IMG/VR virus record: IMGVR_UViG_3300023184_002538
Span: 1 to 63,671 of that record
DNA: 63,671 nucleotides
Source of the DNA: a virus
Lineage: Duplodnaviria > Caudoviricetes
Direction: 5' to 3' (one strand)
Below, in pieces: positions 9,609-19,916 of the stretch; within the stretch, counting starts at the first letter, position 1, and each line of letters opens with the position of its first letter. A program made the translations under genes and the position numbers. Under the pieces are notes generated by a model, which was not told the DNA's origin, ran no database searches, and saw nothing but the letters and a program-made list of their open reading frames with translations.

Positions 9609-10611
9609 ATATATCTGATATAAACATAGGAACAAAAATTAGAGTATTTTCATAATTGCGTATTATGTATCCTAACTTCTTTAGTTCTCTTCTTGCTACA
9701 TCTCCATCTGGAACTTCTATACCAAATAACAATCCGTAGTTTCTAAATTGTACTGTTGTTAATTTATCAACTATCGCAGTTTCTAATTGTTTTCTATTGT
9801 TATAATTTGCTTTGTATAGTTCTAATGACTTTAATAATAATGCACTACCTATCGGATGTCCACTCATTGTGATCCCGTAATCAAATACTTCGTTGGTATT
9901 TTGAATATAGGACATTATTTCTTCAGTAACCATAGTAGCACTAAAAGGAAACAATCCGTTAGTGAGTCCTTTGCTAACAATAATGATATCGGGATTTATG
10001 CTTTTATCAATCTCAGTTCTTCCTAGTCCTGTTACTGTCTCATCAAATATAATAAGGAATTTATGTATTTTACGTAATCGATCTAATTCTAATAATCCTT
10101 CTTTAGGATATTCTAATACACCATTAGTAGTCATTACAGGCTCTATTATAACGGCTGCTGTATTTTCATTAACACACTCTGCAATATTATCACATAGTGT
10201 TGTTATATTATCGCTGCCGTGATATGCTTCTTTATGAGATAACACTTCTGTTTTTTTGTTGTTACAAAATCTAGTAATATAAATGGCTGTTCGTATAGCA
10301 TCACTGCCACCTGTACCAAAATATACTCCCGCCATGTTGTAGTGATCAGTTATAGCATTAGCAGCCTGTTCTGTTATATCAGTAGTTGACCAAAAACAAT
10401 TTGGGTAATATTGTAACTGATTATACTGCTTTTCGTATATACCTTTATAATGATCGCAGTTGTATCCGTAATTTACATTCCATAGCCCCGATGTAAGATC
10501 GTAGTATGTATTATCATTGGACTTTAATATATCGTCTTTACCATATACAAATATTTCAGGATGTTGCATCCTGGAATGATCCGTGTGTGAAAATAGTTGT
10601 TTACTTGACAT
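9553..10611 (-). CDS. Class III PLP-dependent aminotransferase
   Basis: YDLTSGLWNVNYG, AYHG, IIEPV, IFDETVTGLGRT, PDIIIVSKGLTNG. Confidence 0.9.
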   Translation of the reverse strand: MSSKQLFSHTDHSRMQHPEIFVYGKDDILKSNDNTYYDLTSGLWNVNYGYNCDHYKGIYEKQYNQLQYYPNCFWSTTDITEQAANAITDHYNMAGVYFGTGGSDAIRTAIYITRFCNNKKTEVLSHKEAYHGSDNITTLCDNIAECVNENTAAVIIEPVMTTNGVLEYPKEGLLELDRLRKIHKFLIIFDETVTGLGRTEIDKSINPDIIIVSKGLTNGLFPFSATMVTEEIMSYIQNTNEVFDYGITMSGHPIGSALLLKSLELYKANYNNRKQLETAIVDKLTTVQFRNYGLLFGIEVPDGDVARRELKKLGYIIRNYENTLIFVPMFISDISKYQKFFEYLQLNAAPAR

Positions 10612-12256
10612 TATACTTCAACACATCCTCATGATACTTAGCAATCCATTCCATATTTTGTTGATATACTTCTAGCGGTACTTCTTTAGCAGTAAGTATT
10701 TTTACAGTTTGTTTGTGATCGTATCCTAGGCTACGAACCCTTGGATATGCCCAAAAACTGGTATTAAAATTAGCGTGTCTTTCAAATAGAGTATGCGGAT
10801 GATCTTCCATTATATCTTCCCATTTTAATGCAATCTCTTTGCATTGCTCTAAGTTAAGAGTTTCGTGTTCCCAGTAATATTCTGGATGCCATTCTAATTT
10901 TGTAAATCCATATTTTTCTTTACGTTCACTAAAGTCATTTGTAGAGCGTCCCCCTGAATCAGATATGAATAAAATTTCATATTGTGCTTTGTCAAGATAC
11001 CGCTGGTCTCGTAACCAATGAACAGTATCCATTAATGACTCTTCTGTTTCGCCCACTAGACCTATAATAAAACTAGCCAGTATGAATATATCATCTCCTG
11101 CTGTTTCTTTTAACCATTTGATAATGTCTTTGATCTTATCAGGATGTAAACCTTTGCCGGCAATTTTTGCTGCTTTGTGATTAAATGTTTCAACCCCAAG
11201 GAACATTCCCCTGCATCCCATCTTGAGCATCTTGTCAAGCATCTGAGGATATTTATGAAACATGTCAGGGCGAGTATACGCAACCCATTCTATCTTAAAA
11301 GGTAAACTAGTTATAACATCATACATCATATCTATCTTTGCCATACTATCGTTAACTGTATCATCAGTTAATGTGTATCCTACAGTTCCAAAATTTTCGT
11401 AGTTATATATCAGTTCATTTCTTAAATGATCGCCGTCTTTAATCACTGTTCCGCTATGATCGTAAAAACAAAACTTGCAACCAAATCTACAACCCTTGCT
11501 GATCTCCAAAGGCAACCATTCTTTAGGTTGTATAGCATAATTTTTCTCCCACTTGTTAGGAATGATAATAGCACCTTTACCGGCAAGTAGAGGTTGGTCA
11601 ATAAACTTTACAGTTTCTCTTTCAAATATATCACTTGGGTCTATTTCATTTTTTAAGAACTTAATAATAGTTTCTTCGCCGTAGCCGTGAAATGCATAGT
11701 CAACATAATCAGTCATTCCTTTTGGTAAAGGCTTTTTGCTTTTATTTGTTATAAAGTTTTTAAAGAATGTATCAACTAATGCACCGCCAATAATAATTTT
11801 AGCCTTGGGTGCTATACTTTTTAATTTATCAAACCATTCACACAATTCCTCATGCGTGAAGAACCAAAGATTAAAAGCACTCTGACGTGGATTAAAAGGG
11901 TTATGCAAGAATGTTAAACTCAATGCTATGTACTCTAGATCATCAGTGACAAGTTGTTCAAATACTTCAAAGAAGTTATCTAACTTAGTAAAATAATCTA
12001 GTACCACAACATCATATTCTGGAATATGTTGTTTTATACTACCTGCCACGACATATGGACCTAAGTATCTACTCCAGAAATTGTATTTGTTTGCTACACC
12101 GTAATTACCAACCTTGTGTCCATCTTTACCTACTAAAGAATTTAACTCAGCAAAATATAATTTTTCTCTGTTCTCCTCGTTGAGGAAATGCGATCGTGGC
12201 ACACACTTTTGATTTTTTACATCAAATATATCATTTAGAAAAATTATTCTACTCAT
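10601..12256 (-). CDS. Radical SAM enzyme, cobalamin-dependent-type layout
   Basis: Long N-terminal domain with KIIIGG...GYGEE; LEISKGCRFGCKFC; LGVET; FIIGLVGET. Confidence 0.82.
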   Translation of the reverse strand: MSRIIFLNDIFDVKNQKCVPRSHFLNEENREKLYFAELNSLVGKDGHKVGNYGVANKYNFWSRYLGPYVVAGSIKQHIPEYDVVVLDYFTKLDNFFEVFEQLVTDDLEYIALSLTFLHNPFNPRQSAFNLWFFTHEELCEWFDKLKSIAPKAKIIIGGALVDTFFKNFITNKSKKPLPKGMTDYVDYAFHGYGEETIIKFLKNEIDPSDIFERETVKFIDQPLLAGKGAIIIPNKWEKNYAIQPKEWLPLEISKGCRFGCKFCFYDHSGTVIKDGDHLRNELIYNYENFGTVGYTLTDDTVNDSMAKIDMMYDVITSLPFKIEWVAYTRPDMFHKYPQMLDKMLKMGCRGMFLGVETFNHKAAKIAGKGLHPDKIKDIIKWLKETAGDDIFILASFIIGLVGETEESLMDTVHWLRDQRYLDKAQYEILFISDSGGRSTNDFSERKEKYGFTKLEWHPEYYWEHETLNLEQCKEIALKWEDIMEDHPHTLFERHANFNTSFWAYPRVRSLGYDHKQTVKILTAKEVPLEVYQQNMEWIAKYHEDVLKYNVK

Positions 12257-13785
12257 ATGTTATTCAGTTTTAAATATTTATTGGCTAGGTTTCTATATCT
12301 CAAAGCGTGTTCATTTATCCACCATTGATTATGTTTGTTAGCAGATCTCAATTCATCATGTGTGAATCCTAAATTACTACATCTACTATAACCTAAGTAA
12401 GACGTCATTAATCTACGCTTCCAGGATTCGCTATTCTGAGCATATTCTATTAACTCAATCATCTTTGACTTTGATATGTCACCGTTGGTCCAGTCTTCAA
12501 CATAATACCCACTGGTATTTAATGCCATAGATACATTGTATCCAAATTTTTGAGGTTGTTTCTGTATTTTACTAAAGTTTATTGTGTATTCTTTACTAGG
12601 CGTATAAGATCCTATGTATAGTGGAGTTATTTCCCATGCATCTAACCATGTTTGAGTTTCAATCCAGTTTACTAGTGCTGTTGTAGATTGCATATCCTCG
12701 CCTGGCAACCCTAATATAAATCCACTGCCCATTATAATATCATCTTTCCATTTAGACTTACAGGCATCTAGGGAACTTTCTATAACATCACGTTTAGTTA
12801 TCTTTCCTATCAATGGGCCAACATCATCTGTTATAGTTTCAATGCCCCATTGAATGCTTTTACATCCACTTTCATAGATCATATCTATCATTTCTGTTTT
12901 GGTGTGTAGTATATCTAATCTACCAAATCCAGTCCATGTTATTTTAAAAGGCAAATTGGTAAACAATCGATGGATCATCTCCATCTTCTTCATGTTTTCG
13001 TTTATTTGAAAGTCTGTAGTCATATAATGACTTATTCCGAATCTTTCATAGTTTTCAAGTAATGTATCTCGAAGGACAGTTTCATCTAATGTCCAAGTGT
13101 TTACTTCTTTTTTTTGATAATCGCAAAACGCACAATTAAAAGGGCAACCTCTTGATATTTCTAAAGGAACTGCTTCGCCTGGAAATAAGAAGTCAGATTC
13201 ATTCCATAATATTTTACTGTTTATAAAATTATGTTCTGTTATTGATCCGTAATCTAATTCAGACTTAATTTTAAGAGGCAATGGTTTATTGTTAGCAAGT
13301 GATTCTGCTATTTGAACAATAGCAACATCTGCCATTCCTCCTACCCAATGATCAACAAATGGATAATGCTTTTGTAATGCTTCTTTCTGTGCAACTTTTT
13401 GGCCACCTACTATTATTTTTAACTTAGGGAATCGACCCTTGGCGTATGATATCCATTCTTGCATTTCATCTGCATTAAATGGGAAGTACACATTCCACAT
13501 ATCATTCTTGCGTGTTCTGCTATCTTTTGACCAATGGGTTTCCCAATCTTCGGGCATTAATTTGCTAAAGTGTGTTGAACTAAATCCAAGGAATAATGTT
13601 TCATTGGAAACAAAATTATCTAATACAGTTTTAAATCTATTAAAATTAAAATGACTAAAGAAATCAATTACCTTAGTTTGGTATCCTGCTTCCCTTAATC
13701 GTGAACTAACTGTATAACATCCTGCATCACGACCCCATCCTATACTACCGTTGCATTCTGTAAAAAATAAAGCATGATATGTCAT
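12253..13785 (-). CDS. Radical SAM enzyme, cobalamin-dependent-type layout
   Basis: KIIVGG; LEISRGCPFNCAFC; WGIET; FILGLPGE. Confidence 0.82.
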   Translation of the reverse strand: MTYHALFFTECNGSIGWGRDAGCYTVSSRLREAGYQTKVIDFFSHFNFNRFKTVLDNFVSNETLFLGFSSTHFSKLMPEDWETHWSKDSRTRKNDMWNVYFPFNADEMQEWISYAKGRFPKLKIIVGGQKVAQKEALQKHYPFVDHWVGGMADVAIVQIAESLANNKPLPLKIKSELDYGSITEHNFINSKILWNESDFLFPGEAVPLEISRGCPFNCAFCDYQKKEVNTWTLDETVLRDTLLENYERFGISHYMTTDFQINENMKKMEMIHRLFTNLPFKITWTGFGRLDILHTKTEMIDMIYESGCKSIQWGIETITDDVGPLIGKITKRDVIESSLDACKSKWKDDIIMGSGFILGLPGEDMQSTTALVNWIETQTWLDAWEITPLYIGSYTPSKEYTINFSKIQKQPQKFGYNVSMALNTSGYYVEDWTNGDISKSKMIELIEYAQNSESWKRRLMTSYLGYSRCSNLGFTHDELRSANKHNQWWINEHALRYRNLANKYLKLNNI

Positions 13786-14225
13786 AATTTAATTATTGCG
13801 TAACAGTTTTCATCTGATGTATCAGTTTTGAAAAACTCGCTTGATTTTTCAAAACCCGCAGATAGATAAGTAGACAGTGCTGTCTTTCGTGGGACGCTCC
13901 AGCAGTATTCGCACCCTTCTATCTTACCTAATTTAACTGTGTATTCCAATAGTTGTTTTCCTATACCTTTGTTCCTATATTCATCAAAAACATAAAGTCC
14001 TCTAGATCTAAACTCTGTTTGAGAACTTTTGTGAGCGCTATTAATGCCTACTATATTATTATCAATGTAATAGGCAAAAAAATAAGGTGTATATCTATTG
14101 TATATTTTAACATCATATCCAGAAAGATACTGCATAGAACTCATATTTTTTATATCAATTCTTCCAGGCCATAAGAATTGTTGCCAAATTGGAAGTATCT
14201 TACTGTACTCAATTAAGTCTATCAT
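13782..14225 (-). CDS. GNAT acetyltransferase
   Basis: LYVFDEYRNKGIGKQLL (motif A) and YLSAGF. Confidence 0.85.
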   Translation of the reverse strand: MIDLIEYSKILPIWQQFLWPGRIDIKNMSSMQYLSGYDVKIYNRYTPYFFAYYIDNNIVGINSAHKSSQTEFRSRGLYVFDEYRNKGIGKQLLEYTVKLGKIEGCEYCWSVPRKTALSTYLSAGFEKSSEFFKTDTSDENCYAIIKL

Positions 14226-14799
14226 AATTATGTAATAAGTCAAATACTAAATGTATCCTAAATTCTTTCGAAGCATTCATTGCTGTATGCGGAACTGTTG
14301 TATTAGCAATCCACCACGAGTTTTGTTCTAAATGTAATACTTCGTCCTGGACTACCATTAAGCAACCTTCTTGTGTTTTTACAGGATAATGTAATCTATA
14401 TCCGGGATCCACATGCCAACTTAAACAAGTTTTAGATTCTGATTTCATTAATCTAGATCTACCAATCTTATATCTAGTATTCACTGTATTGTATATATCC
14501 TCAAATATAGTATTCTTAAATTGATTACATAATATTACAAATTCAGATTCATGTATAATAACATCCCTAAACGGAACAACTTGCTTGACTACACCATTTG
14601 GATCAACTTCTTCCCTTTTCTTATCCCAATCGTACTGTAAACTGCCTACACCAAGTTTATAGTTGTCAGGTTGATCAATAGTTGAGTTTAAACATATTTG
14701 TCCTGTATTCCATTCTATTGTATTTGATTTTAGTAATGCTGTCATTTCCTCAAATACTCCTGTGAAAACAGGTAGGTCTATTTTTTCAAAGTATTTCAT
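14209..14799 (-). CDS. 2OG-Fe(II) oxygenase, Asp/Asn beta-hydroxylase-like
   Basis: RSRLM...WHVD...RLHYP...NTTVPHTAMN...RIHLV (HxD...H triad). Confidence 0.75.
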   Translation of the reverse strand: MKYFEKIDLPVFTGVFEEMTALLKSNTIEWNTGQICLNSTIDQPDNYKLGVGSLQYDWDKKREEVDPNGVVKQVVPFRDVIIHESEFVILCNQFKNTIFEDIYNTVNTRYKIGRSRLMKSESKTCLSWHVDPGYRLHYPVKTQEGCLMVVQDEVLHLEQNSWWIANTTVPHTAMNASKEFRIHLVFDLLHNYDRLN

Positions 14800-15374
14800 A
14801 TATATTTCCTTAATATAGTTTTTAAATTGGGATCTATTTTTGACAACCAATTATCAATAGAGTGTAGTTCCCAAACTTTAGATTCTTCTGTACGTGTTGT
14901 AGCATATTTAAAATCAAATGCTTTAATATTGCCATCTGCTCCTACAAGATTGCATAGAGCATTGTTAATCTTATGTACATTATGTTCTTGAAATAACGCA
15001 AACATTTCTTCAAGTTGATCTATAATTTTAGGAAATTGTATTTTTAAATTAGGAAATTGATCTTTTACTGTATGACCTCTCTCATGTAATAGATCAGGAC
15101 CAATCCATTCTTGCAGTAGATAATAGCCTTGTTCTTCAGTTAACTCTCCGTGCTCATATGTTTCTAATATAAGTTTAGATTTTAGTTTAGTTGACCAGTA
15201 AATCTCATTTTCAAATAACTTAGTTATTTCTTCCATACTGGTATGGTATATTTTTCCAGTGATAGTAGTATTGTTTGGTCTGTAATATTTTTTTACTAAT
15301 TTCTTTTCTCTATCAATCCATACTTCTGCTAACGATCCACGAGAACCAATATCAGTTTGGAATAGTTGATACAT
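14796..15374 (-). CDS. Protein-kinase-like fold protein
   Basis: GSLAEV, VKKYY, E in NEIYW, LLQEWIG, HKINNALCNL, AFDFKYA. The catalytic loop is divergent. Confidence 0.55.
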   Translation of the reverse strand: MYQLFQTDIGSRGSLAEVWIDREKKLVKKYYRPNNTTITGKIYHTSMEEITKLFENEIYWSTKLKSKLILETYEHGELTEEQGYYLLQEWIGPDLLHERGHTVKDQFPNLKIQFPKIIDQLEEMFALFQEHNVHKINNALCNLVGADGNIKAFDFKYATTRTEESKVWELHSIDNWLSKIDPNLKTILRKYI

Positions 15375-15375
15375 T

Positions 15376-16113
15376 TTAACAATCCATATTATTAATAACT
15401 TCTGAGTAATATACGTCAAGTAGATGGTTAACATATGGTATCTTGTCAGTACGGAAATTATTACCTATACTAGTTCGAAACCAGTTGATTATAGCATCGG
15501 TGTTTCTATCTACTAACAATGTACATAGATCAACTGACTGTGTTGGCCGCTTGTTATTAAAGTTAATAAAATAATCGTGCATGATTTCTTCGGGATGCGG
15601 ATAACATAACTGAAATCTATCGTGCTGATATCTAATTCCTCTATCAGTTGTCGGAACAATACTTATACATTTAACATTGTATCCTAATTCTCGTATCTCC
15701 TCATATGGTATTTTAGCATTCCATGAATGTATCCCATATAATATTCTATTACCTTGTATTGTATAATTTTCATCATCATAAAACTTTTGATTTTTAGATC
15801 CACGAACCCAACGCTGAGAAGATGCAACAAGGAATATGCTAAGAAATTCAAAAAATTGAATATAATCATATACACTAGTTGGTTCACATCTATTTAAAAA
15901 CCAGTTAGTGATTCGTTTTGGTATTTGAATATCATAATCGATTTCTTTTGATGCAGGATGATTTGTAATAGTATTGCTAGATAGCAAGTTTACATTATCA
16001 TAATTCATGGTAGAATCAAATTCTGACCAAATACGCATGAGAAGTTGCCCAGAGGATCCCGGTATATAATCAATTAACAAAAGTTCATTTTTTTCTAAAA
16101 ATGGATATTTCAT
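15376..16113 (-). CDS. Hypothetical protein with N-terminal Gly-rich loop
   Basis: LIDYIPGSSGQLL; similar loop in 19913-20833. Confidence 0.6.
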   Translation of the reverse strand: MKYPFLEKNELLLIDYIPGSSGQLLMRIWSEFDSTMNYDNVNLLSSNTITNHPASKEIDYDIQIPKRITNWFLNRCEPTSVYDYIQFFEFLSIFLVASSQRWVRGSKNQKFYDDENYTIQGNRILYGIHSWNAKIPYEEIRELGYNVKCISIVPTTDRGIRYQHDRFQLCYPHPEEIMHDYFINFNNKRPTQSVDLCTLLVDRNTDAIINWFRTSIGNNFRTDKIPYVNHLLDVYYSEVINNMDC

Positions 16114-16889
16114 TTTGTTTCATTCATTAAAGCAGTTAAGCATAACCTGTTCACACTGCCTCTTTTAAATTTAGAATATCTATCAGTATAGTCTAACCCA
16201 AATATTATTGTATTTGACGGTATTACATCTAATTCGTTACATATTTCTAATTGTTTAGAGAGGTGTTTGTTGACCATAGAATCCGGAGTCATTGTATCAA
16301 TAAGATCATAGTGATGTTCAGCAGCAGCAATGAAATGATAGTCCCATTCTGAATAAACTGATACAGGGTATTTGTCTACAGTATATAAAAGTCCAACTCT
16401 CCTCCATCCTGTACCAAAAGTTTTAGATAAACTAAAACAAACACTATGTATATTTTTATAAGGAGTTAGATCAAAATCTATACTGTGACATATTCCAAAA
16501 AAAGCACAATCTACAAATATAGGTTTATTATATGAGTCTGCAATTTTTAATTTATCATGTGAACTCATTCCATCTGCACTGAATGGATGACTTACTATTA
16601 TGACATCAGCATCATTAAGATCTTCTGTTACTCTATCTTCTATAACAAGTCTATGATATCCATATTCTCCTTTGAATATTCCAATCTTATCATACAATCC
16701 ATATGTTTGATTGAATGCATCCGTCAGACCAGATACAACATAATAATTATTAGGAAGACCATTAACTCGTTGAACTGAAGAATGTATCCATTTATCAAAT
16801 TTATTTTTAAATGTTAAAAAAGAATCAACGTCATAATTTGGGGCACCTAATGCTACTGCACCTTTTAAAATTTTACTTTGGTTAATCAT
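16110..16889 (-). CDS. PLP-dependent (fold type I-like) enzyme
   Basis: IFVDCAFFG and FSLSKTFG...RVG (PLP-binding Asp and Lys pattern). Confidence 0.68.
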   Translation of the reverse strand: MINQSKILKGAVALGAPNYDVDSFLTFKNKFDKWIHSSVQRVNGLPNNYYVVSGLTDAFNQTYGLYDKIGIFKGEYGYHRLVIEDRVTEDLNDADVIIVSHPFSADGMSSHDKLKIADSYNKPIFVDCAFFGICHSIDFDLTPYKNIHSVCFSLSKTFGTGWRRVGLLYTVDKYPVSVYSEWDYHFIAAAEHHYDLIDTMTPDSMVNKHLSKQLEICNELDVIPSNTIIFGLDYTDRYSKFKRGSVNRLCLTALMNETK

Positions 16890-16893
16890 GGGC

Positions 16894-16910
16894 TATAAAT
16901 AATATTTATA
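16894..16910. promoter_or_regulatory. Palindromic pair of TATAAATA motifs between divergent genes
   Basis: TATAAATA-a-TATTTATA in the 39-bp gap. Confidence 0.65.
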
Positions 16911-16928
16911 AACGCAGGGTTACCCAAG

Positions 16929-17648
16929 ATGATTTTTGAAACGGTATATAAATGTAAGAATTCAAATAACAAAGTAATCATACCACTTGACCCAAATTGG
17001 AAAACATTAGGTATTCAACTTAGTGGAGGACTAGATAGTGCATTACTAACTTATCTTACGGCCAAAACTATTAAAGAAAACAACTTGCCAATTAATATAT
17101 GTTTACTCAGCAATGACTTAGGTAACAAACCTCCATACTTTCCTACAATACGCAATGTTAGAAATAAGTTACACGAAATAATGTTATCACGTTTTAATTT
17201 TAATCAATGGACAGCACCTTATGAATATAGTATACCTCTCGAAGAAAGTGTTAATCCTTTTAAACTCTACTGTTCTACTAATCATATAAAGGCCTTATTC
17301 AATATTGGATACATTGATTACGAATTTAATGGCATTACATTAAATCCGCCAATAGATATAAGAGAACAATTCTTGTATGATGATGCTAGACAAGTTGATA
17401 GAGATACTCCGGACACGATATATAGGAACTACAAATACTGTGCCAGACCATTAGCACTTTGTGACAAGCAAGGCATAATAGAACTTTATAAAGAACACAA
17501 TTTACTTTATGATATTGCTCCATTAACACTTAGTTGTGATGTTAATTTAGAACATATAGTCGATGACAAAGTTCCCTGTGGAAAATGCTGGTGGTGCGAT
17601 GAACGTCGATGGGGTATGGTAAGTAACGGTGAGGATCCTCTACTTTGA
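16929..17648 (+). CDS. QueC-like PP-loop ATPase
   Basis: LSGGLDSA, RPL...DK, TLSC...PCGKCWWCDER. Confidence 0.75.
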   Translation: MIFETVYKCKNSNNKVIIPLDPNWKTLGIQLSGGLDSALLTYLTAKTIKENNLPINICLLSNDLGNKPPYFPTIRNVRNKLHEIMLSRFNFNQWTAPYEYSIPLEESVNPFKLYCSTNHIKALFNIGYIDYEFNGITLNPPIDIREQFLYDDARQVDRDTPDTIYRNYKYCARPLALCDKQGIIELYKEHNLLYDIAPLTLSCDVNLEHIVDDKVPCGKCWWCDERRWGMVSNGEDPLL

Positions 17649-18817
17649 TCATACCAAGTAAAACATTTTGTTCTATGCCCTGGGATCATCAATTTATAGA
17701 TCCCACAGGAAGAGTCAAACCATGTTGCAGATTTGCAGAACAACATAGGCCAGTTGATCATAATCTAAAAACTAAATCATTAATTAATATCTTTCAAAGC
17801 GACTGGATGAGTGACATAAGAAATAACATGCTTGAAGGTAAGCAAGTTCCGGGATGTATACGCTGCTATCAAGAAGAAGAATCGGGTAAAAAGAGTTTAC
17901 GAGAACGCTATAATGATAATGAAGATTTGCCAATTGATGAATTAGTAAATTTAGATACCCCTACTATCAAGTGGATTGAATTAGCAATTAGCAACGATTG
18001 TAATCTTGCTTGTAGAATGTGTGATAGTAGATATTCATGGAAATGGTTTAAAGAAGAACAAGCAATATTTGGTAAAACTCAAAATACTACAGAGCATAGC
18101 AAAAGCGATATTGCTAATATATACCCTTTTATTAACGATCTTGTACATATAAAGTTTACCGGTGGTGAACCTTTAATGACACCCGATCACTGGGCGTTAA
18201 TTGATAAGTTAATTGAAGAACGTGATTGTAGTGACATACTATTAAATTACAGCACCAACTGTACTATCATGCCCAAAGACAGTTGGATTGAAAAATGGAG
18301 CAAATTTAAAAAAGTAGAGTTTGCTATGAGTTTTGATAGTTGCGATCCTTTAGAGAACGAATATATACGCTGGCCTTCTAAGTATTCTAATACTGAACTG
18401 GTTACTAAAAAGTTTTTAGAGTTAAAAAACAATCCAAAATTTTACGTATTTTTACGTAGCACCATTAGTGTATTGAATATATGGAATATGCCAGAAACAT
18501 TAATGTGGTGGTATGAAAATGATCCAACCGATGATAAATTTATGAATCCTACTCACTTAACATATCCAAGTGAGTTATGTGTAACTGTATTACCAAAAGA
18601 TGTTAAACGATCGATAACTGAAAAATTTACAGTATTCCAAAACAACTGCAAAATATCTAAAATTAATAATAACTTAGAATATATTAAAAATTTTATGAAC
18701 AGCACAGATGATAGTTATCTGTTGCCTACATTAAAAAACTATATTGACAAAACAGACAAATATAGAAATCAAAATTTCTTTAACTATTATCCGCAGTTTA
18801 CAACTCTCTTTGTTTAG
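17645..18817 (+). CDS. Radical SAM protein with N-terminal SPASM/twitch-like domain
   Basis: FCSMPW...KPCC...CIRCY, then CNLACRMC and FTGGEP. Confidence 0.88.
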   Translation: MIIPSKTFCSMPWDHQFIDPTGRVKPCCRFAEQHRPVDHNLKTKSLINIFQSDWMSDIRNNMLEGKQVPGCIRCYQEEESGKKSLRERYNDNEDLPIDELVNLDTPTIKWIELAISNDCNLACRMCDSRYSWKWFKEEQAIFGKTQNTTEHSKSDIANIYPFINDLVHIKFTGGEPLMTPDHWALIDKLIEERDCSDILLNYSTNCTIMPKDSWIEKWSKFKKVEFAMSFDSCDPLENEYIRWPSKYSNTELVTKKFLELKNNPKFYVFLRSTISVLNIWNMPETLMWWYENDPTDDKFMNPTHLTYPSELCVTVLPKDVKRSITEKFTVFQNNCKISKINNNLEYIKNFMNSTDDSYLLPTLKNYIDKTDKYRNQNFFNYYPQFTTLFV

Positions 18818-19916
18818 GTATCTTACTATCTGCACTACTTACGCAACTATTTGAAATACAAGGCATTGCTTTATCAAATAGTTTAAATCCTGTTTGTATA
18901 TTTCCTAACGGAGTATCTTTACAACTGTAACTACGTTTTATATTACCGTCAGGTTCTCTAATTATAATACCTTGATATCCTGCATTGCAGTTCCACCCTT
19001 TGAAGTTGTTGAATCCAAATGCATTAAATCGTTCTGCTTGATCCATATACCATTTTTTACCTTTGCTATCAGTTAACTCAACTTGCATGTGTGGTAGAAC
19101 TGATGCAAATACATCAACGGGTGATAATGAATTAGGTAGTTTATCAAATGTCGCACGTGGTCTACTGCTCCATTTTCTTTTATGTTCTGTATATGCCCTT
19201 TGTGGCATTCCGTTCCATAACTTCTTCATTTGGTCATCTGTATAACCTTCTACTATTCTACTAGCAGTAGGATCGCTTTGCGGTTTAAGAGTAACATTAA
19301 TTCCTTGTTCATGGAAGAATAATGCATTGTCATAATCTTTATCAAATTGGCTAGGCACCATTACCATATTAATAGTGACCTGTACATCGTTTTCTTGACA
19401 CAATATTAACTTGTCAGCAAACTCTTGCATCTTTTTATTACTATTAACATGTTCAGTATGTAGACTGGCAGTAACACTGGCACGATGAAATGGCTTTGCA
19501 TATTCTACATAAGTTTCAAACCATTTAGTATTCCTTGAGCAATTGCTGGTCATATGAATACTTGTGTAGTTTGTGTTTACTACATCATCTGCAAGGTGTT
19601 TAAGTATATCAAGATATCCCGGATGAAATGTAGGTTCTCCCCCACTAAAACTAAAATGGAAACTATTGAATTTATTTTCTCTTGCTTGTCTTTTAATTTC
19701 GTCAACAGTGCTAATACATAGGTCAGTTGGCCTATGATCTTTCGTATCGCTGCGAGCATATGGCCAACAGTAACTACATTTGTAATTACAAAATCTTCCT
19801 AATAGCCAACTGACGGTAAACATATCTCTGTAAAGGAGATTACGCTGTCCCACTTGTACTATATCGTCAAAGGGTATTTTAGTAAAATCGTAATCGCTGT
19901 ATTCTAATTCACTCAT
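18798..19916 (-). CDS. Radical SAM protein with C-terminal Cys-rich domain
   Basis: CNYKCSYC, FSGGEP, WNCNAG...SC...PC...SC. Confidence 0.88.
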   Translation of the reverse strand: MSELEYSDYDFTKIPFDDIVQVGQRNLLYRDMFTVSWLLGRFCNYKCSYCWPYARSDTKDHRPTDLCISTVDEIKRQARENKFNSFHFSFSGGEPTFHPGYLDILKHLADDVVNTNYTSIHMTSNCSRNTKWFETYVEYAKPFHRASVTASLHTEHVNSNKKMQEFADKLILCQENDVQVTINMVMVPSQFDKDYDNALFFHEQGINVTLKPQSDPTASRIVEGYTDDQMKKLWNGMPQRAYTEHKRKWSSRPRATFDKLPNSLSPVDVFASVLPHMQVELTDSKGKKWYMDQAERFNAFGFNNFKGWNCNAGYQGIIIREPDGNIKRSYSCKDTPLGNIQTGFKLFDKAMPCISNSCVSSADSKIPKQREL

